From contig NIVC01002257.1 in assembly GCA_002269645.1 (NCBI GenBank), forward strand, positions 1 through 64,000: a DNA stretch of 64,000 nucleotides. The letters run 5' to 3'. Shown one piece after another: positions 33,949 through 44,255 of this stretch. The notes under the pieces were generated by a model that was not told the origin of the DNA, searched no databases, and saw only the letters and a list, made by a program, of their open reading frames with translations. Each line of letters begins with the position of its first letter. Within the stretch, counting starts at the first letter, position 1. The DNA comes from Macrostomum lignano. Its lineage: Eukaryota. The position numbers and the translations under genes were made by a program.

Positions 33949-34190
33949 CTATTGCGCGGCGCATCTGAAGGCTGCGTACGGCTGCTGTTCAGTCCAAGGA
34001 CTGGGGGGGTGGGGTCGCCACACACACACACCCTCAATTACCCCAGCTAATGCTGGCAGCCATTTTACAGCAATGCAGAGTAAAGTGTCTTACTCAAGGA
34101 CACAATTTGTTCCGAGTTGGTTGGGAAACGAACCCCCGACTTTCGGCTACAGCCCTTCACTAAGCTACAATCCTATTCGCCTCAACAAAT
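33948..34190 (+). mobile_element. Probable SINE remnant
   Basis: Contains GTAAAGTGTCTTACTCAAGGACACAA and GGAAACGAACC...ACTTTC, resembling conserved metazoan SINE cores as recalled; its 5' part recurs at 39863-39899. Confidence 0.45.
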
Positions 34191-34370
34191 CAATAAAATA
34201 AGCTAAATGAGTTAGCAAAATTAAAAAGCAAGTTGAATAAACCTGAAGACTCATACAAACACAATATAATATAGTTTTATCATCTAACGCATCAAGCATA
34301 GCAGCACATGGCAAATAAATAAAAACTATAAACTGACACAGTTTCAAGTTCAAAATGCCAAACAAACAAT

Positions 34371-35872
34371 TCACAGCATAGGCTGCCGTTTCAGTTTAGC
34401 AAAATACATCGACTTCATTGGTGGCCGTTTCAGCATGGTCAACTCGTTAGTAAATGGAGCCATATAGGGCGCCAGTGCCGGCGGTAGGGCTACACTGCCG
34501 CCATCTGAGCATTGATGCGTCTCTACCAGAGCTTTAATAGTTCGAGTAATTGCACAAGCCGTGCCATTTAGAGTGTGCGGAAATCCGCCTAGATTAGTAC
34601 CAGCTAATCCAATGCCCAGCCTGCGGCTCTGATAATCCGTACAGTTGGAAGCGCTGCAGACTTCGCCAAACCTGGCCTCGGATGGTAGCCAGGCTTCCCA
34701 ATCGAATTTGCGATAAGCCGGATTGCCCAACTCTTCGGTGGCCATGTCTAATAGGCGGCAGTGCAGGCCCAGCTGGTTCAGTATGGCCTCCTGCACTGAC
34801 AGCAGGCGCTGGTGCTCGGACTCGCTGTCCGCCGGCGAGGTCAGGCTGAACAGCTCCACCTGGGCGGAAAGGGGGGTGAAGCCGTTTTTTGGAGGTGCAA
34901 ACTAGTCACGCTGAGCTTCATTTTCTCGGTAGATAGTTGTAGCTTGTAGTAGTAGTAGTAGAAGTAGTAAAAGTAGTAGTAGTAGTTAGTAGTAGTAGTA
35001 GTTGAAGATGTAGTAGTAGTAGTAGTAGTTAGTAGTAGTAGTAGTAGTAGTTAGTAGTAGTAGTAGTTGAAGATGTAGTAGTAGTAGTAGTAGTTAGTAG
35101 TAGTAGTAGTAGTAGTTAGTAGTAGTAGTAGTTGAAGATGTAGTAGTAGTAGTAGTAGTAGTTAGTAGTTGAAGATGTAGTAGTAGTATAGCTTTTGTCA
35201 TGCTATCTCAGCCTAGGGACATCCAAACTCAGCCAGCCCCATTCCGCAATGCGTTTTTTGGCTCGAGCTAGTCGAGTTTTACCATAGACATGCTTCTTAA
35301 GGCCATGCTATCTCAGCCTGGGACATGCAATCTCAGCCAATATAGATTTCAATTGCAAACAGATCTCAATGCTATCATTTCTGTAACGTGACATGAAATG
35401 GCAACAAACAGCAATGAATGAACGCAGCAAGAAAAGTCAGTAAGAATCTGAAAAGTGGCTGAGATTGCATGTCCCAGGCTGAGATAGCATGGCCTTAAGA
35501 AGCATGTCTATGGTAAAACTTGACTGGCTTACGTAAAAAATCGCACTGTTGAGATGGGCTGGCTGAGTTTGGATGTCTCTAGGCTGAGATAGCATGACAA
35601 ATACTATAGTAGTAGTTAGTAGTAGTAGTAGTATTCGTAGTAGTAGTAGTTGAAGATGTAGTAGTAGTAGTAGTAGTTAGTAGTAGTAGTAGTTAGTAGT
35701 AGTAGTAGTTAGTAGTAGTAGTAGTAGTAGTATTCGTAGTAGTAGTAGTTGAAGATGTAGTAGTAGTAGTAGTAGTTAGTAGTAGTAGTAGTAGTAGTAG
35801 TAGTTAGTAGTAGTAGTAGTAGTAGTATTCGTAGTAGTAGTAGTTGAAGATGTAGTAGTAGTAGTTGAAGAT

Positions 35873-35915
<43 letters not shown>

Positions 35916-37793
35916 ACTGCGCAACATGATTAATCCGCTAATCTCATACCTTAGTAAACTGCGGCACGCGGTACATGGCGTCCTCAACTTTAGAGATCTC
36001 CCGTCTGTAGCAGCGTGACACGGCGCAGAGGCGCACAGGCAGCTGGTCAATACGGTAGATGCGGCCAGCCAGGTAACCGGCCAGAGCTATCTCTGCCGTG
36101 CCAATCAGTGCCATGGAGCCAGTTAAAAATACCTGCGACCTGGTGCCTTGAGTCGCAAAGCCGCACGCGTCAACCAGCTCCGGCGGGACCAGTTCGGGCA
36201 CGCCAATCTGGTAAAAGCGATGTAAAAATTGTATCCCGTAGAAATATACTAGCGATACTACTTTCAAAAATACAAGTAGCAAGTAGCGAAATGCTTACTT
36301 AAAAAAGCATTTTTAAGAAAGCAATTTTAGACTAATTTCGTTTAAATTTTTTCTTGGCGATTCTATTTAGCATGGATTCTAGAAGCTTGGGATTATCGGG
36401 GGGATTCTAGAAGCTTGGGATTATCGGGGGATTCTAGAAGCTTGGGATTATCGGGGGATTCTAGAAGCTTGGGATTATCGGGGGATTCTAGAAGCTTGGG
36501 ATTATCGGGGGATTCTAGAAGCTTGGGATTATCGGGGGATTCTAGAAGCTTGGGATTATCGGGGGGATTCTAGAAGCTTGGGATTATCGGGGATTCTAGA
36601 AGCTTGGGATTATCGGGGGGATTCTAGAAGCTTGGGATTATCGGGGGGATTCTAGAAGCTTGGGATTATCGGGGATTCTAGAAGCTTGGGATTATCGGGG
36701 GGATTCTAGAAGCTTGGGATTATCGGGGGATTCTAGAAGCTTGGGATTATCGGGGGATTCTAGAAGCTTGGGATTATCGGGGGGATTCTAGAAGCTTGAG
36801 ATTATCGGGGGGATTCTAGAAGCTTGGGATTATCGGGGGATTCTAGAAGCTTGAGATTATCGGGGGGATTCTAGAAGCTTGGGATTATCGGGGGATTCTA
36901 GAAGCTTGAGATTATCGGGGGATTCTAGAAGCTTGGGATTATCGGGGGATTCTAGAAGCTTGGGATTATCGGGGGATTCTAGAAGCTTGGGATTATCGGG
37001 GGATTCTAGAAGCTTGGGATTATCGGGGGATTCTAGAAGCTTGGGATTATCGGGGGATTCTAGAAGCTCGTGATTGGGAAATTCTAGAAGCTCGTGATTG
37101 GGAAATTCTAGAAGCTCGTGATTGGGAAATTCTAGAAGCTCGTGATTGGGAAATTCTAGAATGCGATTATAAAATTAAAAAAGAAATCAAACGCATAAAT
37201 AAAAACAAATAATTAAAAATGACTACCTGCTGAAAGCCGAACTCCTGAGCAACATCCAGCGCCAGTCCAATCAACGCAGTTTCTAACTGTGCTAACTGGC
37301 CTCTAAAATAGTGAGTCCGTTGGCCAGTCAGCAAGGACAGATTTCTGGACGCCAACAATCTCAGATTCTGCAACAGAGTGCGCGCGTCAAAGCCGCGCCG
37401 CTCCTCAGTCGATGGCGCTGTGCCAATCAGGCGAACCAGCCGGCTGTTGGCCTCGCCGCCAATGGGCGAGTCCGGGTGAGTCCAGTTCGGCAAGCGGGCC
37501 GCTGTTGCCACCGCCGCGGCGCCGTCCGACGACTCGGCGCGTAAACGCAGCGCCGCGTCAACTAAATCGGGATCGGCGCCGCGTTGGCGCGCATTTTGGC
37601 GCGCGGCCGCCGCACGGACGGGATCTGACAGGCTTTCCCAATCGATCTGCGGTTCGAAGAACGGCGCGGATTTGGGCGCGTCGGGATTCTTGGCTGGCCG
37701 GCGCTCAACGCTGCTAGGGGTGCAGCAGCCACTGAGCCAACGGCTGCCGCGGGTCAGCACGGCCTGGCACAGGCGCCGGTGTAGGTGCGGCAC
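34371..37793 (-). CDS. SARS2: Mitochondrial seryl-tRNA synthetase, ~430 aa; exons ~37793/37763-37227, 36207-35950, 34859-34371; start codon unresolved
   Basis: LPNWTHPD, LIGTAE, CYRRE...YRVPQFTK|VELF, AYRKFDWEAWLP, GEVCSASNCTDYQSRRL and HTLNGTACAITR; phase-0 GT-AG introns. Confidence 0.93.
34925..35915. repeat. (GTA)n microsatellite with GTTAGTA and GTTGAAGAT variants in SARS2 intron 2, split by a MITE
   Basis: Trinucleotide runs at 34925-35188 and 35607-35915. Confidence 0.97.
35189..35606. mobile_element. MITE with ~150-bp TIRs, flanked by TA (or TATA)
   Basis: 35189-35339 is the reverse complement of 35456-35606 (TTTGTCATGCTATCTCAGCCTAG... / ...CTAGGCTGAGATAGCATGACAAA). Confidence 0.88.
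36372..37160. repeat. ~27-bp minisatellite (GATTCTAGAAGCTTGGGATTATCGGGG)n filling SARS2 intron 1
   Basis: Period 26-28 with variable G-run. Confidence 0.97.
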
Positions 37794-37834
37794 TGACGCC
37801 AGCGGTTGAGGCAGCGGAGAGCAAATGAGGGCTT

Positions 37835-38657
37835 CTAGCCGTCTAATGCTGTTTGTTTACAGCCTAATGCTGCTTCTTTACAGCCTAATGCTGTTTCTTT
37901 ACTGTCTAATGCTGCTTCTTTACTGTCTAATGCTGCTTCTTTACTGTCTAATGCTGCTTCTTTACAGTCTAATGCTGCTTCTTTACAGCCTAATGCTGTT
38001 TCTTTACAGCCTAATGCTGCTTCTTTACAGCCTAATGCTGTTTCTTTACTGTCTAATGCTGCTTCTTTACTGTCTAATGCTGCTTCTTTACAGTCTAATG
38101 CTGCTTCTTTACAGCCTAATGCTGTTTCTTTACAGCCTAATGCTGTTTCTTTACAGCCTAATGCTGTTTCTTTACAGCCTAATGCTGTTTCTTTACAGCC
38201 TAATGCTGTTTCTTTACAGCCTAATGCTGTTTCTTTACAGCCTAATGCTGTTTCTTTACAGCCTAATGCTGCTTCTTTACAGCCTAATGCTGTTTCTTTA
38301 CAGCCTAATGCTGCTTCTTTACAGCCTAATGCTGTTTCTTTACAGCCTAATGCTGTTTCTTTACAGCCTAATGCTGTTTCTTTACAGCCTAATGCTGTTT
38401 CTTTACAGCCTAATGCTGTTTCTTTACAGCCTAATGCTGTTTCTTTACAGCCTAATGCTGTTTCTTTACAGCCTAATGCTGTTTCTTTACAGCCTAATGC
38501 TGTTTCTTTACAGCCTAATGCTGTTTCTTTACAGCCTAATGCTGTTTCTTTACAGCCTAATGCTGCTTCTTTACAGCCTAATGCTGTTTCTTTACAGCCT
38601 AATGCTGCTTCTTTACAGCCTAATGCTGTTTCTTTACAGCCTAATGCTGCTTCTTTA
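37835..38657. repeat. 21-bp minisatellite (CAGCCTAATGCTGYTTCTTTA)n between TSR2 and SARS2
   Basis: About 39 tandem copies. Confidence 0.98.
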
Positions 38658-39257
38658 CTTTTTAAACTGCTTTTCACTTTTTATAGCTGCATCTTGCTAT
38701 TTGATCTCGTTTCTCTGTCTAATGATTTTTCCACCACAACTGGGATCGGGACAGTAAGTCTGAGGACTTGCCCATGTAGCAGGGCACCCAACAACTAAGA
38801 ATCTGGGAGACTACAAAACTTAGACCTGCTTATCTAGAAATTCGAAAAGCAACTATTCAGATTATAAATTAAATAAAGAATGGAATAAACTCAATACTAA
38901 AACAGCAACAATCCGCCTTTCAAAGATAAAATACAATAGACCGAGCTTTATTGGTACATCAATAAAACATTATTATAAAATATACAATTCAGCAAAGCGA
39001 ACAATAGTCAAAACTAGTGTAGGGCTGACTATACAAGGGCTGTCAGAAAATTTCTGCTTTTTGGTCTGTAAAGTACAACTTAGTAGTTATGCTAAAACGA
39101 TACCCTCCAGAATCTATCACTAACTTTTCTCCATTAAAACAGTCGCAAGGACTAAGATCTGGGGAGTCCTTTTGAGATCTAAACAGACGGCGATACACAC
39201 CAATAAGCAGAACTTTTCTGACAGCCCTCGTGACTAACTCTGCCCAGCTAACCCCAA

Positions 39258-39749
39258 TCAAGCGTGCACCCCGCCATAGTCTTGCTCATCTCCGCTGTCA
39301 TCGCCACCGCCGTCCCCGTCGTCGGCATCATCGTCATCCTGCTGACTACTGGGCGCACTGACGCAGGCCTGCAGGCTGACGCCTCTGGCCAGGCGAGTCA
39401 GGGCGGCTTCAACGAATGCAGTCTCGCCTCGTCTCAGCCTCTCTAACAGGTCGCATAGTAGGCGGGCAACCTCGTAGCAACTGCCATCGTCAAATACACT
39501 GCTAAACAGCTCGTCAATGTACTGTTCAAGCACTTCGGCTAGTTCGTCTGGTGCCAGGGCGCTGTTCTCCAGCATCCAATGGCACACCGCCTGCTGCATC
39601 CAGTCCACCTTAGCCTGTGTGTCTGGCCCGCCAGCCTGGTGTTCCACTAAGAGTCTGACAGCTGTCCAAGGAGCAAATACGCGATGGACAACTGGCAGAA
39701 ATTCTGCCTGGCTAACTGCCTGTTTGGAGGCTGATGAAGAAGAGGCCAT
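39258..39749 (-). CDS. TSR2: Pre-rRNA-processing protein TSR2, 163 aa, single exon
   Basis: WTAVRLLVEHQAGG (WGG-domain-like), FDDGSCYEVA and an acidic tail. Confidence 0.9.
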   Translation of the reverse strand: MASSSSASKQAVSQAEFLPVVHRVFAPWTAVRLLVEHQAGGPDTQAKVDWMQQAVCHWMLENSALAPDELAEVLEQYIDELFSSVFDDGSCYEVARLLCDLLERLRRGETAFVEAALTRLARGVSLQACVSAPSSQQDDDDADDGDGGGDDSGDEQDYGGVHA

Positions 39750-41000
39750 GAAGAAGAAATAATAGTGAGCGTGTTAGCTTGATATACTGTACCTGATAAT
39801 AACAATAATAATTGATTACACCTGCTCTAATGGGCAGATGTGCAACCAAGAGCTTAGCTGCAGCTATTGAGGGGCACATCTGAAGGCTGCATTTGGCTGT
39901 ATAGTATAGAAACTAAATGTATATATAGTTAAACCTATTTAAACTTTCTTATTCAAACCTTGACAAAAAATAATTGTCATAAAATAAAACTGGTATCTAT
40001 ATATAGGCCTTTTAGTAGACTATTAGTCACTTTAACGAAAGGAAATTTTGCAACAAGACATTTTAGAACAATTTTAGCATTTTAAGTCATTTTGGCAAAT
40101 TGCCTTCAAAAAACTTTCTATGCTTTTAATAGAGAAATTAGCACTAGATTGTCTACTATTATGCCTTGGTGCGAATTCCTTAGAGCATATTCAAATATAG
40201 TAGGTCAAATAACAAATTATGCAAATAAAATATTTTGTTACCAGCTCACAGTACATATGAGATAACTTATAGAGCAATTTTAAGTAATAGAATTATGTAT
40301 ATATAAATGAACATTGAATCAACATCAAATCAAATAAGTTTAAAGAATCATTACATTAGCCAGAGTCTTAGGCAACAAGAAATTTTGGCAAAAGGCCTGC
40401 AATATAAATTTATAAATGTCTTGATTTGGCAAGCAATCTACATTTGTAATTCATTTATTTTGAAGGTAAAATGAACTTCAAATAAGGTCACAAGGATAAT
40501 ATTTTTACCATAATAGTAAAATGAAAATAAGTCAGTCATGTACTTCATTGAAAAACTTTTTTGCAACAGTTAGAAACTTATTGATTTAATTTACTAATTT
40601 AATTTACTGCTTTAATTACTAATTGTAATATACAAAGTTAGCAAGCAGCAGCTGCATCTTTATTTTGTTAAATAGGTATATTTGAAAAATTTGCTAAAAT
40701 GGCCTAACATTGTTGCCAAAGTGACTGTTGCCAAAATGTCTTGTTGCAAGTAGCCTTGAAAGACTAGGCCTACACAGTTTGCTATCCAGCTATAATGAGT
40801 ATATGATGTGATAAGTATATCCTTTAACTATATTATTAGAGTTATGCTATAACCAATTTTTTCTAGTATCTATAGCTGTAGTTATATTTAGAAAATTTCC
40901 CATAGCCTATCTATATTCTATATCTATAGCTAGTAAAATTTCCATAACTATTGTATAATAGAGACCTGGACCCTGATAGATACCTTGGAGAGATAGCTAG

Positions 41001-41697
41001 CAAGGACGACTTAAGTAGAAGGACGGGAAACCTCGTTTCTTAGAAATTTTTTGAAGGCACTTTTTCCCGTAAAAATACACTACGGAGATAGGAAGTTTTC
41101 ATTTTTTCAGCACAAAAATTGTTATTGCGTTTGATAGGAGGCAGATCCAGTGTTCATCTTTTGATATGTTGTGTCTTTTTTATTGCTCTATCGATATTTA
41201 TAAAGCTTTTCGTTCAGAAAATTAGGATTCTATGTTAATTTTTTATTCTACGTATATTTTCGCGTGTCTTGTGCTTGAAATACATTAGAATGCCACGGCT
41301 CGGCTCTTTAGCTTCATGAGTCTATTTTATCATTCTTACCCGACTGTGTAGCAAATATTTGTAACAGAGATGATAAAATAGGTTCATAAAACCAAATATT
41401 GGAGCTGTGTCATGCATTTTTGTGATTTTTAGATACAGGAAATATACGTAGAATAAAAAATCAACATAGAATCCTAATTTTCTGAACGAAAAGCTTTATA
41501 AATATCGATAGAGCAATAAAAAGGCACAACATATCAAAAGATGAACACTGGATCTGCCTCCTATCAAACGCAATAACAATTTTTGTGCTGAAAAAATGAA
41601 AACTTCCTATCTCCGTAGTGTATTTTTTCGGGAAAAAGTGCCTTCAAAAAATTTCTAAGAAACGAGGTTTCCCGTCCTTCTACTTAAGTCGTCCTTG
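41001..41697. mobile_element. MITE with ~255-bp TIRs, CAAGG termini and 8-bp TSD ATAGCTAG (P- or hAT-like)
   Basis: TSD at 40993-41000 and 41698-41705; arms are near-identical reverse complements. Confidence 0.93.
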
Positions 41698-42840
41698 ATA
41701 GCTAGATGCTACATCTGTAGCTATGCTACATGCAATATTTGAAATATTTATCAGTCTAGATAGCAAGACCAATACTATACTATATAAGGGTGTGCCTGAT
41801 ACAGCCTTCTGATTTGCTATGTGGGCAATGACTTTGATTGGCTGGCCACATTATCTAGTTATATGCCCACTGCCCTGAGCTGCTATACAAAGTGCTGCTA
41901 CTCAAGTTACAAAGACCATGCAATTGAGGCCAAGGGCAAAAATTCTCTTCTTTCCTCTCTTTTCTACCTCCTTTTTTCCTTTCTCCTTTCCTACCTTTTC
42001 TTCTCTCCCTACTCTTTTTCTTATCTTTTCTCTTCCTTTTCTTACTACTTTCTTTCTTTTCCTCTTTCCCTTTTCTCTTTTTTTCTGATATTGTTTAACT
42101 AACTTAGGAATTAAGTAATTAGAGGACTTAATAGCTGCCTTTGTATTGAAAGTGAAAACATATCTTAACTTTAACCCCTTCCTTATGAGACAGGCATTAA
42201 TAATAGCTCTAATACTTTTAAATTTTACTCGTTTTATGTTTGCCTTTCTTAGAAAAACCTTTATTCAAATCTGCGCGAAATATTTGTTTGAATGTTGTGG
42301 TTTGCAAAAATATTTCTGTAATTATTATTTTGTTTAAACTATAACGAATTTTGCGTATAAATAGACACGCTGAGCAGACTTGAGGAAGCAACCGTTTGCT
42401 ACCTCTCGGTTTTCGATAAGCAAATTTAGTTCGTTCTAAATATTGAAATCGCTTAAAGACTTAATCATTTCTTAGAGTATAAGAACCCCAATTGGGAGTA
42501 TCAGAAACCGCTACAAGCGAGAAACCACCTCAGGGCAGTAAATTGTAAATTCGCCTCAGGGCAGGAGAACCGCCTCATAACGAGAGAAGATCGCCTCAGG
42601 GCAGAGAAAGAGCATAAGCTGTGACCCTCTGATCCAGGGAACGCCCAGGACTGAGAGAATAATATTAGGGGAAGCATAGGAATAGAATAGACAGTGCTAT
42701 TAGACCGCTCAGGCTAGAAAGTACAATAGAAGTACATACGCTACCAATAGAAGTACATACGCTACCGATAGAAGTACATGCGCTACCAGTAGAAAGACAA
42801 TTAATAACCAGTAGAATTATTAAGGAGAAATAGCTTTATT

Positions 42841-43076
42841 ACAACTTTGGGTGGCATTTAGGATTCTCAGTGTACAGGGAAGGGCACTGTGACAACTTGG
42901 TTACAGCGGTAGGATTTTGTATCGTACGGGAAACCCCTAGCACAACTTGGTGGCATAACGGTGGAATTCTTATAGAGAGCCAAAAGGCCTGTAACAACTT
43001 TGGTGGCAGCTAGTAAGGCTAGCAAAAGGAATAATTAAGAGCCCTACGACAGCTTTTGGTGGCAGCGTAAAGGATC
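42841..43076 (+). promoter_or_regulatory. Five tandem ACA + tRNA-Leu-type primer-binding-site units
   Basis: Units start at 42841, 42892, 42942, 42994 and 43049; approximate consensus ACAACTT-TGGTGGCAGCGGTAGGAT. Confidence 0.75.
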
Positions 43077-43228
43077 AGAAAAACGGCGCGAATTAGATCA
43101 GAGAAACGGCGAGATTTAGATCAGAGAAACGGCGCGAATTAGATCAGAGAAACGGCGAGATTTAGATCAGAGAAACGGCGCGAATTAGATCAGAGAAACG
43201 GCGAGATTTAGATCAGAGAAACGGCAAA
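43075..43228. repeat. 23-bp tandem repeat (AGATCAGAGAAACGGCG[CGAATT/AGATTT]) in the Gypsy leader
   Basis: About six copies alternating between two variants. Confidence 0.92.
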
Positions 43229-43273
43229 AACCTTAGAAGACTAGAGAAATAGCAGAACCTGACAAGATCAGAG

Positions 43274-44255
43274 ATGGCCAACGCAAATGATGCGATTGCG
43301 ATGCTAGCTGAAGAGCTAAGAAACAGGTTAGAGTTAGGACCACAAAGGCATGTGAAAATTCAGAAATTCACGCCAGGTCAAGATATTAGGATCTGGTTGA
43401 CTGCCTTCGACCAGCGCTGTGAAGCTGAGGGTATCGAAGAGGATAACCGGAAGCAAGAGCTTCTCGCGAACCTCGACCTGGCTACTGCATTCGCAGCAGT
43501 TCAGCGTTTGAACCTCCCAGATGATCTGGAGTACGAAGAATTTAAAGAAAGACTTGTAGAACGCTTTGGCAGAATTGGCAGTTCAGCAGAGTTTAGGGAA
43601 GAATTTAGAGGCCGAATGCAAGGCAGAAATGAGTTAGTAGAATCGTACACCGATTGTCTAATTGAGCTAGCTTCGCGAGCCTTCCCAAACATGACTGTGG
43701 AACAGCGGGAAGAGGAGATCGTGGAACAGTTCATCAAGGGTGTGAGAGTTCCACCTGAAACCTGCGAGAAACTGATCTTCGCTCAGCCAGCTAATCTGCA
43801 GGAAGCCAGAAGAATGCTGAGGAGAATGGAAGCAGCCTGGAACATGTCACGCAGGAATTCAGGCATGAGAGTAGCTAAGAGCGAGGAAGAACAAGAACAG
43901 CAGAGGAAGGCTGAACAAGAAAGACTGGAAGAGATCATTAGGAAGCAGAAGTTCGAGATTGAACAGCAGAAGAGAGCTTTGCAGGAGCTAAGAGAGGAGA
44001 AGATGCAGAATAATCAGCAGCAGTTTTCGCAAAATTATTCGTACGCTCAGGCAGCCAGGCAGTATCCACAGAGATACCAGCAACCAGCCCCAGCAGCCGC
44101 AGCCCGTTCCGCCACAGTATGGCAATGGAGCGCAGGCGCGACAGCAAATGTTCGCCCGGCAGCAGCACCCAAACCAGGGTCAGCCGAGACAACAGCCGCA
44201 GACTTGCTATAACTGCGGGAAGATTGGCCACATTGCAAAGCAGTGCATAGGTTGA
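43274..44255 (+). pseudogene. gag: Gag with a frameshifted CCHC zinc knuckle
   Basis: KFTPGQDIRIWL and MQGRNELVESYTDCLIELASRAFP are Retrotrans_gag-like; CYNCGKIGHIAKQC lies at 44205-44246 in the +1 frame. Confidence 0.85.

Larger units (their letters stand above)
42317..44255 (+). mobile_element. Truncated Gypsy-type LTR retrotransposon: candidate 5' LTR (~42317-42843), PBS array, repeat leader and gag; no pol or 3' LTR
   Basis: LTR-like ...TTATTACA end, TGGTGGCA PBS motifs and a gag ORF; the LTR 5' boundary is only a guess (TGTAAT). Confidence 0.8.

Noticed and set aside
18472-37793. Functional link between tRNA-Ser and the nearby SerRS gene
   Set aside because: The tRNA is cytosolic type and the enzyme mitochondrial; they are 16 kb apart, so this is likely coincidence.
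34371-37793. Calling the synthetase a catalytically dead SLIMP-type paralog
   Set aside because: TAE, the motif-2 arginines, SNCTDYQSRR and motif 3 are retained, which fits bona fide SARS2 better.
40046-40749. Possible inverted-repeat element (TTGCAACAAGACATTTT pair)
   Set aside because: Only ~17 bp pair convincingly and there is no TSD; at most an old remnant.
42841-43076. CRISPR array interpretation of the repeat-spacer pattern
   Set aside because: Eukaryotic context, degenerate repeats that match a tRNA PBS, and no cas genes.
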